DNA of 64,000 bases from Guillardia theta CCMP2712. Lineage: Eukaryota > Protista > Cryptophyta. Made by a program: the position numbers and the translations under genes. Position 1 is the first letter of the stretch, and each line of letters opens with the position of its first letter. The stretch is from contig NW_005434661.1 of the NCBI RefSeq assembly GCF_000315625.1, positions 1 to 64,000 of the forward strand, written 5' to 3'. Shown here in pieces: positions 50,292 through 61,593 of the stretch. The notes under the pieces were generated by a model, which saw only the letters and a list, made by a program, of their open reading frames with translations, did no database searches and had not been told where the DNA came from.

Positions 50292-51139
50292 ATTTATTTA
50301 CAATATTACAATATTATAAAATTATATTACAATTAATTTTATAAGCTTCCAGCAAATTAAGTTTGTCAGATTGCATTTAAAATCAAATCTTTATCTTTAA
50401 TCGGCGCTTTGCTTAATGAAGCCAACAAAACGTTTTTCTTGTAAATTATAAATTTCCAAAATATAAGAATTGATTCTTCAGAGAAGAATCCAATCCTTTT
50501 GTAGTTTAAAATGCGTTAGTTTTATCCAATATGTATTGTTGTAGAAGTCTTGTTCCATCTCTTTATAAATGCAATACACTTATTTTCGTAGATATTTGAA
50601 TATATCCATCTCTAATTTCTACATAGACTAGAAGAATTAGATCTAAAATCAAAGAATATATCAAAAATGCCATAGAAATTAATGATCCAGAACTTATTGT
50701 TAGGGTCCCGCTCTATATTCATTTTTTCTTTCCAAGAAAACAAATTCAAAAAGAAGCAATTCAAGATATCTGCCGTCGTTTCGGAACCCCCCAGATGAGA
50801 AGAAGATGAACGAAAAGAAAAGGAATAAGAAATATGAATCCGAAAGACATAGACTTGAAGCATTAGACTGATTCCGTGATATTAGAATAGGGGGTTCCGA
50901 GCTTGCGCAGGCTTGGCTTTAGCCATCCGAAGCGATGAAATCGCTAAGGCTTGGGCCTTGCCCAACCGCCCCCCTCCGACGGTCAGTTACTCAAGTTGTA
51001 TCATGGTGATATTGATGGTTTCACTATTGAATTACAACCTTCTCTTGAAACCTATCAAGAAATCTTGACTAAATATGATCTATGGAAGAAGGATTTTCCA
51101 TCCTACCTTTGATATTTCTAAATTAATTATTTTTTACAT

Positions 51140-51330
51140 TGATATCGCAATTGATTTGCATGGATATTGCATGATACTGCATGGATATTGCATGATACTG
51201 CATGAATTTGCATCGATATTGCAATTGTAAGCATTGATTTCGCATGGTTGTGCATGGATTTGCAAAGATATTGCAATTGTAAGCATTGATTTCGCATGGA
51301 CTTGCAAAGATAGCGCAATTGATATGCTTT
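51140..51330. repeat. GATATTGCA(T/A) repeat array, left
   Basis: Many GATATTGCAT / GATATTGCAATTGTAAGCATTGAT units. Confidence 0.8.
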
Positions 51331-51369
51331 TGTTAGGCATGTTTAAGAATAAAAAATACCACAGATAAT

Positions 51370-51879
51370 TTATTTATCATTGTTTGATGAATTTTTCAAA
51401 GCATGCTCCAACTCCAATATCTGAATGATTTTAATGATTTGCATGATTATATGCACCGTTCCGTAACCAGTAAAATTAAACACAACCGAATCCTCAACCT
51501 CATCACCGTTATGATAATGATAATAACTGAACTTCCGTGCATCATACTCCTCCTTAGTCATCAAGTGGCAATACATATGCCCCTCATACGAACTGAGAAC
51601 TGCATCGTAGTTTTTGAACAAAGGCCTGAACAACCCCAATATGTGCAAGTTGTTGTGTTCAGCTTCGGAATCAAGATCGGCATGAAAATCGAATCGCAAA
51701 TGGTACGGCCGGTCTGTATGGCATTTGCATGGGTCTTTATCTTCGATAACAGGAAACTCAGTCTGTCCAAGAGTTCTCCTCACTAGATTTTCTAGTTGAG
51801 TGTCATAATATGATTTAGAAGTATCATATAACGATTTCTCAATACATTTCTTTCGCTCTGCATCCAATATAGATTGCAT
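51370..51879 (-). CDS. hypothetical protein flanked by repeat arrays
   Basis: 169-aa intronless ATG ORF. Confidence 0.6.
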   Translation of the reverse strand: MQSILDAERKKCIEKSLYDTSKSYYDTQLENLVRRTLGQTEFPVIEDKDPCKCHTDRPYHLRFDFHADLDSEAEHNNLHILGLFRPLFKNYDAVLSSYEGHMYCHLMTKEEYDARKFSYYHYHNGDEVEDSVVFNFTGYGTVHIIMQIIKIIQILELEHALKNSSNNDK

Positions 51880-51929
51880 GTTTTTGCTTTCTATTGATTG
51901 AACTGATTGATATCATTTTTTCGAATAGT

Positions 51930-52185
51930 TGTGCATTTTATATTGCATGGTTGTGCATTGATATTGCATTAATATTGTATTAATATTGCATTAATATTGC
52001 ATAGTTGTGCATTGATTGTGCAAAGATATTGCAATTGTAAGCATTGATATTGCATTAGTATTGCATTGATATTGCATGGTTCTGCATGGATATTGCAATA
52101 GTAAGCATTGATATTGCATTGATATTGCATGGTTGTGCATGGATTTGCAAAGATATTGCAATTTTAAGCATTAATATTGCATGGA
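51930..52185. repeat. GATATTGCA(T/A) repeat array, right
   Basis: Same units and orientation as the left array. Confidence 0.8.
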
Positions 52186-52295
52186 TTCACATAGATATAG
52201 CATAGATATAGCATATATAGCAACAGTGAGCATAGATATAATATTGGAAAGAGATATTTAGTATAAACAAAAATTGTATAGATAATATAGATAGA

Positions 52296-52577
52296 ATGTC
52301 TGACACAGCAGCTGTTGATACAGTTATTGATCCTAAAATCTTGAAAAGAAGAGAATATCAAAGACAATATTACAAGAAGAAATATCAAGAAGACCCCGAA
52401 TACAGGAAGAAGAGAGATCAGATCAACAAAGATTACAAAAATTCAAGATATCAATATGATGAGGAATATAGGGAGAAACAGAAGGAAATCAAACGAGATA
52501 AATTAAGGAAGAAATACAATGAGGATGAAGAATACAGATTGAAGAAGATAGCGGATGTATATCTTAGAAAGATATGA
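52296..52577 (+). CDS. small K/E/Y-rich viral-type protein
   Basis: 93 aa with repeated Y..DEEYR.K motif. Confidence 0.55.
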   Translation: MSDTAAVDTVIDPKILKRREYQRQYYKKKYQEDPEYRKKRDQINKDYKNSRYQYDEEYREKQKEIKRDKLRKKYNEDEEYRLKKIADVYLRKI

Positions 52578-52648
52578 AAAGGATATAAGGAAATTTATAT
52601 AGATATATCTAGTTACGAGGAAGAAAAAGATCCAAGGAAAGAGACACA

Positions 52649-52980
52649 ATGAAATCGGATTATGAGACAGATGTTTCAATGGAGTCAAATGAAACATATA
52701 AGACAGATGATACAGTATGTTGCATTTCGGTTCCGAAAAGTAATTTTGATGTGATAAAATACTTTGGATCGAGAGAGTTGCAAGGGATGAGGTTCTATGA
52801 GAATTTTGATAAGAAAGCATTGCAAAATGTGTTCCAAAACTTTGAAAAGTATGAATCAGAGATAAGGAAGAACAATGAACAGGAAGATTGGAATCCGAAG
52901 GGATTCATGCTGAATTATTTGAAGCATTCAGGATCGAACGATTACTGTTTGATAAGTTATTCAAAGGCAAAGAAAGCGCC
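52649..52980 (+). pseudogene. truncated viral-type ORF
   Basis: AT-rich frame switches at ~52975 into a C-rich module; the last ~55 aa of the track ORF look like read-through. Confidence 0.4.
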
Positions 52981-52998
52981 TCAATTCAATGAAAATAA

Positions 52999-53219
52999 TC
53001 ATATATATACTGAGGCGGGCCCGCAGGGCCCGCCTTACAAAAAACTCACAACGTCGGGAGCCCCACCGCAAACATACCCCCAGATCCCCTCCCACCTTCC
53101 ATCTGAGGTCATGGAGAGGCTCATTGGCCTCCATCTAGACTGATCTGATACCTCCTTGTGTCATCCGACTCATATATATACTGAGGCGGGCCCGCAGGGC
53201 CCGCCTTACAAAAACTCAC
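52999..53219 (+). promoter_or_regulatory. duplicated ~50-bp TATA + GC-hairpin module
   Basis: TCATATATATACTG-AGGCGGGCCC-GCA-GGGCCCGCCT-TACAAAAACTCAC at 52999-53049 and 53170-53219; promoter role inferred. Confidence 0.5.
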
Positions 53220-53238
53220 CCAAGACTTCAAACAAAGC

Positions 53239-53975
53239 ATGGAAGCTCTCTCCAACAATGGCGACAACAAATTCATCGGGAAACTCCTCAACACCGCCAT
53301 GAAACCCCAAGTCGACAAGTACGCCGCCGACGCTTCCTTGCCACTCTCGGCTCTCTCAACGGATCAATGGGTCAACGACTTCATCTTCTCCCTCGACACC
53401 TCCACGATCAGCAGATCCATCCAGGCTACGAAGACCGTCAATCGATCCAGACTCAACTCGCCTTGGCATCCTCCAAGCTCTACAACGGGACCGAATCCGA
53501 GGCTCAACCCAACCGCAACCTCTACCTCTTCCAAAAACTTCACCCCAACCAACAATACAACAGCAGCGACAAAAAGGCCTTGGCAATCTCCTATGTCAAC
53601 CGATGCATCGAGATCATCATGTTCTGGGACAAAGACCTCACTCAGACCCCCAACTCTACCCACGTCCCAACAAGGGATTACATCAACAACATGGTCGATA
53701 CATTGTCAACCAACAACGATATCTTCATCTCAGTTCACTGCGCCATAGACCAACCTCTCAGATCCGTCTTCAACTACACCATCGCAACTCAGAAGCATAC
53801 CAAGCTCTACACCATCATCGCTTTGACTCTGACCGCAGTGCGTCGCGCTGAGCAACAACCCGATACTATCCTCAGTCTCTATAAGTTCCTCTTCTTGCTG
53901 ATCAACGAACATATCGTTCGTCCGCATATGTCAGGCCTTAACTTTAACTTTAAAAATCTCTTTGATCTTCAATAA
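53239..53975 (+). pseudogene. hypothetical gene with apparent frameshift near 53445
   Basis: Protein-like MEALSNNGDNKF... frame continues as QTQLALASSKLY...KNLFDLQ in another frame; strong C-ending codon bias. Confidence 0.5.
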
Positions 53976-54401
53976 ACTTGACTTGAACGAAAACTCATTC
54001 GACTCAGTGACTGTTTCCGATACCCTAAACCTTAATCACTAGATTAACTTTGAACTTTGAACTTTGAACTTGAACTTGAACTTAAACCTTAAACTCAAAC
54101 TTAAACTCAAACTTCAACTCTGAGGCGAGCCCACAAAGACCACCCCATCCTCCCCTTGTAACTTCAAATCAAACTAACCGTTACAACATCAGTAGTACCC
54201 CTTTAACGAGCTCTTAGCCCCATTCCACTAGGCGTGTTCGGTACGCCAATTACAGGTCAATTCTGAATTCTCAATTGTGGGCCACATTTAAGATTTCAGA
54301 ACGCGCGCAGAAAACGTGTTCGGTATTGCAATTTAATAAGTCATGTTGTAAGATAATAGTAACATTTTAAGATTCAAACCGTGCCCTTGCTCCCATCAAC
54401 C

Positions 54402-55727
54402 ATGCCGATTCAGCGAGACACGCCACGGATGTATGGGAGGCGCACCCTCCTCTACCATTTGGAGAAGGCTGTGGTCAATCGCTCATCAGCGCGCATCATG
54501 CAGATTCTCATGCTCACGATTTCGCAGCATTCACGGCAGAGCATGCGGCTTCTTGGCATGGGGGTTGGTGATGCATTGTTTTGGCTGTTTCGTTCAAAAC
54601 GTCGGGTGCGGGAGCTTGTGTGCTTGTTGTCTATGATGGACATGAACAACCGTATCGTCAATCTGCCCTTTCAGCGGACCGGATCGCAGGGACCACTGAA
54701 GACGCCAGATTCCTTCTCGCACGTGGAATTCGTGCAGCAGTTCCGTTTTCGTAAAGTACATTTTCATCGCATTCTGCGATGCTTGAAGGATGATAACGGG
54801 CAGCCAATGATGGTAGGGGACGAACCAATCTTGTTGAAGTTTGGAAAGCGAGGGCACAGGACATCCGTGCGTGCAGACTCAGTCTTCATGATTTTCCTGC
54901 GTCGGCTGTCATATCCTGCGCGGTGGTGCGATCTGGTATATATTCTAGGTGGGTCCATCACAGTTCTTTCCGAAACTTTCAATCACATGGTCAGAATCTT
55001 GCACAAGAGGTACGCTATCTTGTTGGCAAGCATGCGGCCTTGGAGGCATCGATTTAGCCAATTTGCTGCTCACATGCGAAGTTGGGGTTGTCCACATGAC
55101 AACCTTGTCGCTATTTTTGACGGTCATTTACAGCCCACGTGCCGACCCGGGGGTGATGCTAACTGGAACTTGACCCTACATGACAGGCAGACGTTTGCCG
55201 GAAAGGAGAGGCTGCACGGGTTGAAGTATCAGGCTTGTGTATTCCCGAATGGGATATGCTGCGTGTGGGGGCCTTGGAGGGGTTGTGAACACGATGCAAC
55301 AATGTTTCGGCGGTCTGACGTTCTTGAAACCTTGCGCGAGGTGTCAGAGGAGCAGGGGGTGGACTTCTGCTGTTTTGGGGATTCGGCGTATCCCCTTAGC
55401 CGCTTCATGCAGCACATCTTGAAGGCTCCAGCGGAAGGGGAGCTCACGCGCCTGGAGAGGAGGTATAACGCCCTTATGGGCCGCTTTCGCATTGTCATTG
55501 AGAATTGCTTTGGAGAGGCAACTCAATACTTCGGCATGCTGCAACACCGACACAATCTGCGTTTGGGGAGCCAGCAGGTTGGGAAGCTCTTTCCTCTTGC
55601 GATGTTCATTTTCAACATCCACACTCTGTTTTATGGGAACCAGACAACAGCATACTTCGAAGGGGAGCACATGGTACTGGATGTGTCTGTGGAGGATTAC
55701 CTGTCGTTGGCAGATGAGTTTCAATAA
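54402..55727 (+). CDS. Harbinger/HARBI1-type DDE transposase
   Basis: FLRRLSYPARWCDL, AIFDGH, HGLKYQ, HDA, FGDSAYP, YNALMGRFRIVIENCFG. Confidence 0.93.
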   Translation: MPIQRDTPRMYGRRTLLYHLEKAVVNRSSARIMQILMLTISQHSRQSMRLLGMGVGDALFWLFRSKRRVRELVCLLSMMDMNNRIVNLPFQRTGSQGPLKTPDSFSHVEFVQQFRFRKVHFHRILRCLKDDNGQPMMVGDEPILLKFGKRGHRTSVRADSVFMIFLRRLSYPARWCDLVYILGGSITVLSETFNHMVRILHKRYAILLASMRPWRHRFSQFAAHMRSWGCPHDNLVAIFDGHLQPTCRPGGDANWNLTLHDRQTFAGKERLHGLKYQACVFPNGICCVWGPWRGCEHDATMFRRSDVLETLREVSEEQGVDFCCFGDSAYPLSRFMQHILKAPAEGELTRLERRYNALMGRFRIVIENCFGEATQYFGMLQHRHNLRLGSQQVGKLFPLAMFIFNIHTLFYGNQTTAYFEGEHMVLDVSVEDYLSLADEFQ

Positions 55728-55742
55728 AGAAAACCTCTACCG

Positions 55743-56783
55743 TTAGTCGTTCCCTTTCAGCATCTTCACCAGATAATCTGGGATGTTCACACCCCTGTCA
55801 TGCAAAGCCAGAAACGCGTTCATCGCATCGGCCGCCCGCTGCGAGCGAGTAGCTTCCGCCTTAATTCGTTCTGCCTGGGCCTTGATGATATCTGCCTCGG
55901 CCTTGAGGACCTGTGCCTTCCCAAACTGCTCCATAACGGCTCTGTCGTTTGCCTGAGAGGACTCCAGTAGATCGCACAGGCGGTCTTGCTGACTGAGAAC
56001 GCCCGCAACATGGTCGGAGGACGGGCTGCCGCTTTTGCGGTTGGGCCCTTTCCCGTTGGGATACAGAGCTGGATCCTGCTTGGCGCGCTTCTGTAGACCG
56101 CATGAGGTGCCACGCCCATAACTGCCTCCCTGTTCATTCTTCTTGCGCGTTTTCTGAACAGAATTATCCTCCTCGGAACTCGGATCTACAGGCTCGGGGG
56201 AGGGAGTTAAGCACTGCTCAGTCTGTGCTGCGATGTTATAACCACAACGTTTAGCGGTGGTCTCCATAGCACCCTGTAACCTCTCCCTGGCGTCATTCTC
56301 CTCATCCTGAGCATCCCTCTTCTCCCTCTCCTTCCGGTCTTTCATAGCCTTCATCCGGCCGGCCAGATCGAGCATGAGCTGGTGCATCTCTGAAAGTTCC
56401 CCGCCACCATTCTGCCACAGCTTCACCCATTTTTCCTCACCTCCGTTAGCGATTTCCTCAGCTTGTTTCTCAATCTTGCGCCATTTGTCCTTCAAGGTGT
56501 TCAACTTCAGCTGCCCTGCAAACACAGGATGCCCGTTGAGCGCCTCCTGAGCCTCCTTCAGCGTCTTCTCCTTCTTCCCCCATTCAAATATGGCACCATC
56601 GTTGTATTGCATGACACATTTGATGATCTCTACCATGCGCTGTTCCCCATCCCCCTTGAATTGCATGGCCGCATGGGACAGTTCAGATGGCTCTCCCACG
56701 CCTACTGCATTAGGTTCTTCATCGCCTGCTCCAACACGTAGTGGAGCGCCGTGGGGATCTTCAGCCTGCATAGGTTGCTGCAT
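55743..56783 (-). CDS. transposon ORF2, Myb/SANT-like DNA-binding accessory protein
   Basis: Inside the TIRs, convergent with the transposase; LKLNTLKDKWRKIEK helix motif plus coiled coils. Confidence 0.75.
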   Translation of the reverse strand: MQQPMQAEDPHGAPLRVGAGDEEPNAVGVGEPSELSHAAMQFKGDGEQRMVEIIKCVMQYNDGAIFEWGKKEKTLKEAQEALNGHPVFAGQLKLNTLKDKWRKIEKQAEEIANGGEEKWVKLWQNGGGELSEMHQLMLDLAGRMKAMKDRKEREKRDAQDEENDARERLQGAMETTAKRCGYNIAAQTEQCLTPSPEPVDPSSEEDNSVQKTRKKNEQGGSYGRGTSCGLQKRAKQDPALYPNGKGPNRKSGSPSSDHVAGVLSQQDRLCDLLESSQANDRAVMEQFGKAQVLKAEADIIKAQAERIKAEATRSQRAADAMNAFLALHDRGVNIPDYLVKMLKGND

Positions 56784-57448
56784 GGTTGATGCGCGCGCGA
56801 TTGGTGAATACAAGAAATTCAAATTAAATTCGCGTTGTAAGCTCGCGGTACATCAAATTGGCCTCTGGTACAAATTATTCATCGTACATTAAATTGCCTC
56901 TGGTACAACAATTTCATGGTACATTAATTCGAAAAGCTCTCGTTTCAATAGTCGGTGGAAATGCAATTGTGGGTGTATTCCACCAACTTTTGAATTTGCA
57001 ATTCTGGGTCCGAGGTCCCATATTTGATTTACTCAATTTTTTGATGTACCAGCATTCCACCTGTAATTGGCGTACCGAACACGCCTACTGGTACCGGTGT
57101 TGCTCAGCCCCCACTACCCCCATGTCTTGTTTCTGGTAGGATCTCGTCTTGGGGAGCTTCGGAGTAGGTCTGCCACTGACTCCCGTCTAGCTTCACCCCC
57201 GTTATTCTAGCTAGAGTAACCTCGGATATTCTCAACGCCCTGCAAGGCATCCAGGGCTGTCAGGTGTGCCTCCTCCCTCCCCAGACTCAGCCCTGACTCA
57301 TGTTCGGAGATCAAATTGAGAGTCACTTTCAAACGAGAAACTATACATTTACATTCGGCTGATCTAGATATCAGTTATACACATTAGGTCAAGTTCATAG
57401 AATCCAGCGCAAGGAAGGAGACCGGAGGTATCACTTTGCTGCGCTGAT

Positions 57449-59295
57449 TCATTCGCACGCATGGTCCATGTCCGTCCCCGTCAGCTTCCATATAAGAAGC
57501 GCACAATCGAAAGGATTTTCTTCGGCCCCTGTTATCGCGTAAGATAGTCTTTCCATGCACCCAACATTTCAGTACTCACCTTCAACAAACATCTGGCTGC
57601 TGTCCAGGTCCCCTTCCAACACGTCAGGTCCAGCACACCAAGAGCAGGAGAACAGACCGATCTCCTCGTACAGCCGCGTCCCTGTCCCAGCAGCAAGTAG
57701 GTCAAGGTAAGGGTGAAGCATGGAGGAGGTGATGTGCTGGGAAGGGCTGGAGAATGACGAAAATGCGGCGGCCTCTGGATCCTGCAAGCTTTTGATGGTG
57801 TCGAAGCACCTGATGGTCCCGTCCTGTCTCAGACAATCGTATGAGATGCAAACCAACACTGCACGTATGAAGCAAACATGGCTCGGGGTGAACAATTGCT
57901 GTCCCTTGGGATGAAGATCGAACTGCTATGATTGTGAGCGAAGCGTATGAGGCAGAAAGGCGAACCTGTAGTCGCTGGTTGGTCGGTGCGCACCTTTCAT
58001 ACCGAAAGAGAACGTCTCCCGTATTTCTCACATCCCAGCACAAGATCTCATCGTCCTTGCGAGCTCCGCTGTACAAGTAGTTGCCGCAAGGGCTCCACGC
58101 CAACCAGGTTACGCCTCCTCGGTGACCCTGAGAGCGAGTCACGGCACGAAGAAGCAGGAACGAGAGCAGACGTTGAGAGTGTAGAGAAGCTTTCCTGCAG
58201 GGCTAGCAAGCAGAGCGATATGCCTCGAGTATGATCCCGCAGCGTAAAGTCCTGACCTGTTGAATGACTTAGTAGGTTGACTCCCCTCACTCGTCTTCCA
58301 CTTCCTTACCTATCTGGGTTGAAAGAGATGCAGGAGATGATTCCCCTCTGCCCAGTCGACTCTCTGTTTGCTCGTTTGAAGGTAGGTTGTAGCACATGTT
58401 CGCGGCTGACAAAGCTCAAGTCAGAACCTTTTAATAGACCACCGCTGCCTTCACCCTGGCCTCTCGATGTCAAACACTCGAATGCAGTTGTTGTACCCGC
58501 AGTACAGCTTATTGCTCGTGTTGTCAAAGCCAATCGAGTATGCTGCAGCTTTTGCACATGTCAGGCACCTCTCTCAGTCCCACCAGCCCCACTTAGTTCC
58601 TCTGCGTCGGTGTACGCACAATACGACCCGCGGCACTGTCCGGTGTAAGCATCCCATACGTGAACAGGGTGATCTCTATCGCAGGCATCTGTCATGCAAC
58701 AAGACCGGAAAGAGTTCAGGATGACCTCGTTGTGCTGAACACACAACACGTCTCAGGTTGACTTGAGTGCATCCCAGGATACCAAGCTGCACAATTCCGT
58801 CCATGTTACAAGAGGTAGGGCATGCAGGGGGATAGAGATGAAGGAGCACCTGACTCGTAGATCGTCTCTCCTTCCTCCTCACATTCTTCAGCTGCATACA
58901 GCAGAGCAAGGGAAGCTCAGACCTGGATCCTCAACGATGCCGTGAGACAGTCACGTGACTGATCCCAGCTCTGCTCGTCGCTCGCATGCTCTTCGCCCCC
59001 TTGTGGGATCTCGAAGATTCGTAGGATTTTATCCTCCGAGCTGCCGCATACCGTCAGGCATTGGTGTCGTCATAGCACGCAGTCACGTTACCTCGTCAGG
59101 ACGCACAGACCGTCGGGCGACCATTTCACGTCTTTTAGGAAGTTGTTCTTGACCTAGACACTTACGTGTTGGCACTTTCGTGGCGAACAGTTTGAGCAGC
59201 AATGAACGCCATCATAACATCCTCCTCCTCCTCCTCCTCACCTTCCCATCTTGATACTCCTTAGCCGCTGCCCACATGGCGCTGCCACTAACCAT
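57449..59295 (-). CDS. WRAP53: telomerase Cajal body protein 1 (WD40)
   Basis: NFLKDVKWSPDG, RDHPVHVWDAYTG..R.SY, GQRGIISCI, GHRGGVT, LYSGARKDDEILCWDVR, TNQRLQFD; start approximate. Confidence 0.85.
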
Positions 59296-59469
59296 GATCG
59301 CCCACCGCACCCTACCCCCACCCCCATGCCTCATGCTTATAATACCCACCCCTTCATGGGATCTTCCGGCCCCGGGCAATTCGACTTCTACTACTGAGCC
59401 TCCGCTACTTGTCCGGGCGATGGGTATGTGCGGGGAGGGGGGACCAAAGTTTGACAACCTCTGGGGGAG

Positions 59470-61558
59470 ATGGGCATGGCAGTCACGGTTGGGGTGCCTG
59501 CTCTTGTCATGGCGGCATGGCTGTGCGTGGAGGGAGCAGAAGTTGTGCCGTCTCTCGCCCTCGAGGAGATGGTTGACATCGTAGCAGGCTCAGGTACCTC
59601 TTGCCGTCATTCCCCGGTGTGACTTCGTTTTCAAGGTTCTCAGTCCCGGCAGCGTATCGGAGCGAAGCTAGCAAGCAAGGAGCAGGTTAAGAGGATCATC
59701 TTGCCATCGACTCTGCTGTGCGACCTTGACTCGTGTATCTTCAGTCCGATCATGTCACCAAGTTGAAGCATAAACTATCTCGTAAGGTCCTGCCTTGAAA
59801 AGCATCAGGTATGACTGCTTCAGACCTGATAGGCAAGTCGTCGAGCCTCGAAATCCTCTCGTCATCAGACTCCTCCTTCATCCACTTATCAGAGGGTTCC
59901 TCACCTCTCAGGTGAACCTCGCGTTGAGCTCAACAGTTGCTGAGCAACAGGAAGCAGCAGCGTTCTACATGTCAGTCACGGCGACCTTCTTCGGTCCCTC
60001 CACTACCAGCATGAGACGGTGAAGTTTGTCGGCGAGCATATTCGTTGCTCATGATGTCTGGTTACATCAGAAAACCTCTGGCATGTCAGCGATCAGGAGC
60101 AACAACTTCCTCCTCTCTCCCATCGCTCCTCTGAGTTGCTTCCTGCGGGTGAACGCGTCATGGAGCATGTTTCAAGAGTCGAGGTACATCGAGCACAGTC
60201 AGGGCATCCCAGGAACGAGCAGCGTGATAGCAGTCGTGAGCAACGAAGAGTCCGCTCTCGTCAACTACCTCCGTCAGTTCCCCGACCTGTACAACTTCGT
60301 CGCCAACAGTCAGCAGCTCTTTGGGATGGAGGGGAGGAAGATTGTGCGGGTAGATATGGAGACGAACAAGATCCTGTGGGAAGCAGGATCCGGTCAAGTT
60401 GGCTCTGCCGATGGGACTGCAACCGCCTCGTCCTTCTCTTCTTCCATTACAGGCCTGGCATGGGCCCCTTCATGTACCCAAGGGGTCAGTAATTGATGTT
60501 ATCCTCCCCTCCCATCCCCTCCTCGTCCTCCCTCTTCCTGCTGCTTCTATTCGTCATGCAATTATCTGCCAGGAAGTCTGCTCTGTCCATGGAGCACGAG
60601 AAGGCTTTTTCCAGCAGCAGGGGATGCAGAACTGGATTTACGTGGCAGATTCCGGAAATGTGAGACAGAGGAGGAGGAGTGGAGGAAAGGTGGAGGGGGA
60701 GCGAAGGGAAAGGGAGAAGATGGAGAAAGTAAGGAGGAGGAAGAGGGGGGGGGAGGGGACAAAGAGGAAGAGGGGGACCAAGCGGAGGAAGCTGCTAAAC
60801 AGACGAAACAAGTGATGTTTGCGTGGGAGAAGTAGCAGCAGCATGAAAGGAGATGTACAACGCGAGGAGATGTAGCTAGAGGGGGAGGGGAGTGGGACTG
60901 AAGGAAAGAACGGCTCTTGTGACAAGTTTCTTGCTTTCAGTGTCTCATCAGACTTGTGGACTTTGCGAGTGGAGCGACAAGGACGAAATGGGGACGAGGA
61001 TGTTTGAACGGGACAGACGCACAAGACCCGAACTTGTACACTGACAGCCCTATCCCCTCCAAGAACGTCCTTGGAAGGTTCCAATGCTTTTCTTCGCCCT
61101 CGTTTTCTCTTCTTTCATCCTCGTCTTCGGCCTGCCCAGCCATTGCTCTTGCTCTTTTTCTTGCTCGTGCTCGTGCTCGTGCTCGTGCTCTTGCTCTTCA
61201 TCCTCGTCTATTGGCATGGTCCTTCTTTCCTCGTTTGCTGCTCAATTCTTCCTCCTCTCCCCCCCGCTCCCCCTTCGCTTCTTCTCCCTCCCTCCTTCAT
61301 CTTCTCACGAGTGTCTCCCTGGCTGCAGTCACCTTTCAATCGCGTGGGTCTCTTGGAAGTTCTTCATCGTAGCTGACAGAGACGCGAAGTGGGTCAACTG
61401 ACGCGTCAAAGTCTGTTTGACGTCTGTACGTCTGCAGTCGCATCCGAATGTTTGTCACCAGTCAGCATCAAGGGCTGTCTCCTCTTGCCGGCAGGTGAGA
61501 TGATGGCAGCAGCCCGGCAGATTGACTTTCCTCCTCCTCCTCCTCCTCCTCCTCCTCC

Positions 61559-61593
<35 letters not shown>

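Larger units (their letters stand above)
43444..54120. mobile_element. AT-rich endogenous viral-like island (NCLDV / virophage / Polinton-like-virus type)
   Basis: Abrupt AT enrichment; intronless N/K/I-rich ORFs; viral-type CxCG zinc fingers; RING gene; hairpin arrays. No capsid or polymerase hallmark seen. Confidence 0.6.
54230..57086. mobile_element. PIF/Harbinger-superfamily (PHIS, Pangu-like) DNA transposon, full length
   Basis: Perfect 28-bp TIRs AGGCGTGTTCGGTACGCCAATTACAGGT (54230-54257 / 57059-57086); ACT flanks at 54227-54229 and 57087-57089; two convergent ORFs. Confidence 0.93.

Noticed and set aside
50889-50975. tRNA gene
   Set aside because: No T-loop TTC motif or D-loop consensus, and arm geometry is wrong
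52649-52980. N-terminus of a virophage/PLV TVpol-helicase
   Set aside because: Resemblance is vague, and the ORF is cut before any diagnostic motif
42590-57086. Fanzor as cargo of the Harbinger-type transposon
   Set aside because: The TIRs close the element at 54230-57086, and the Fanzor is ~11 kb outside
57449-59295. Functional link between TCAB1 and the telomeric repeats in the window
   Set aside because: No evidence beyond co-location; eukaryotic gene neighbourhood is weak evidence
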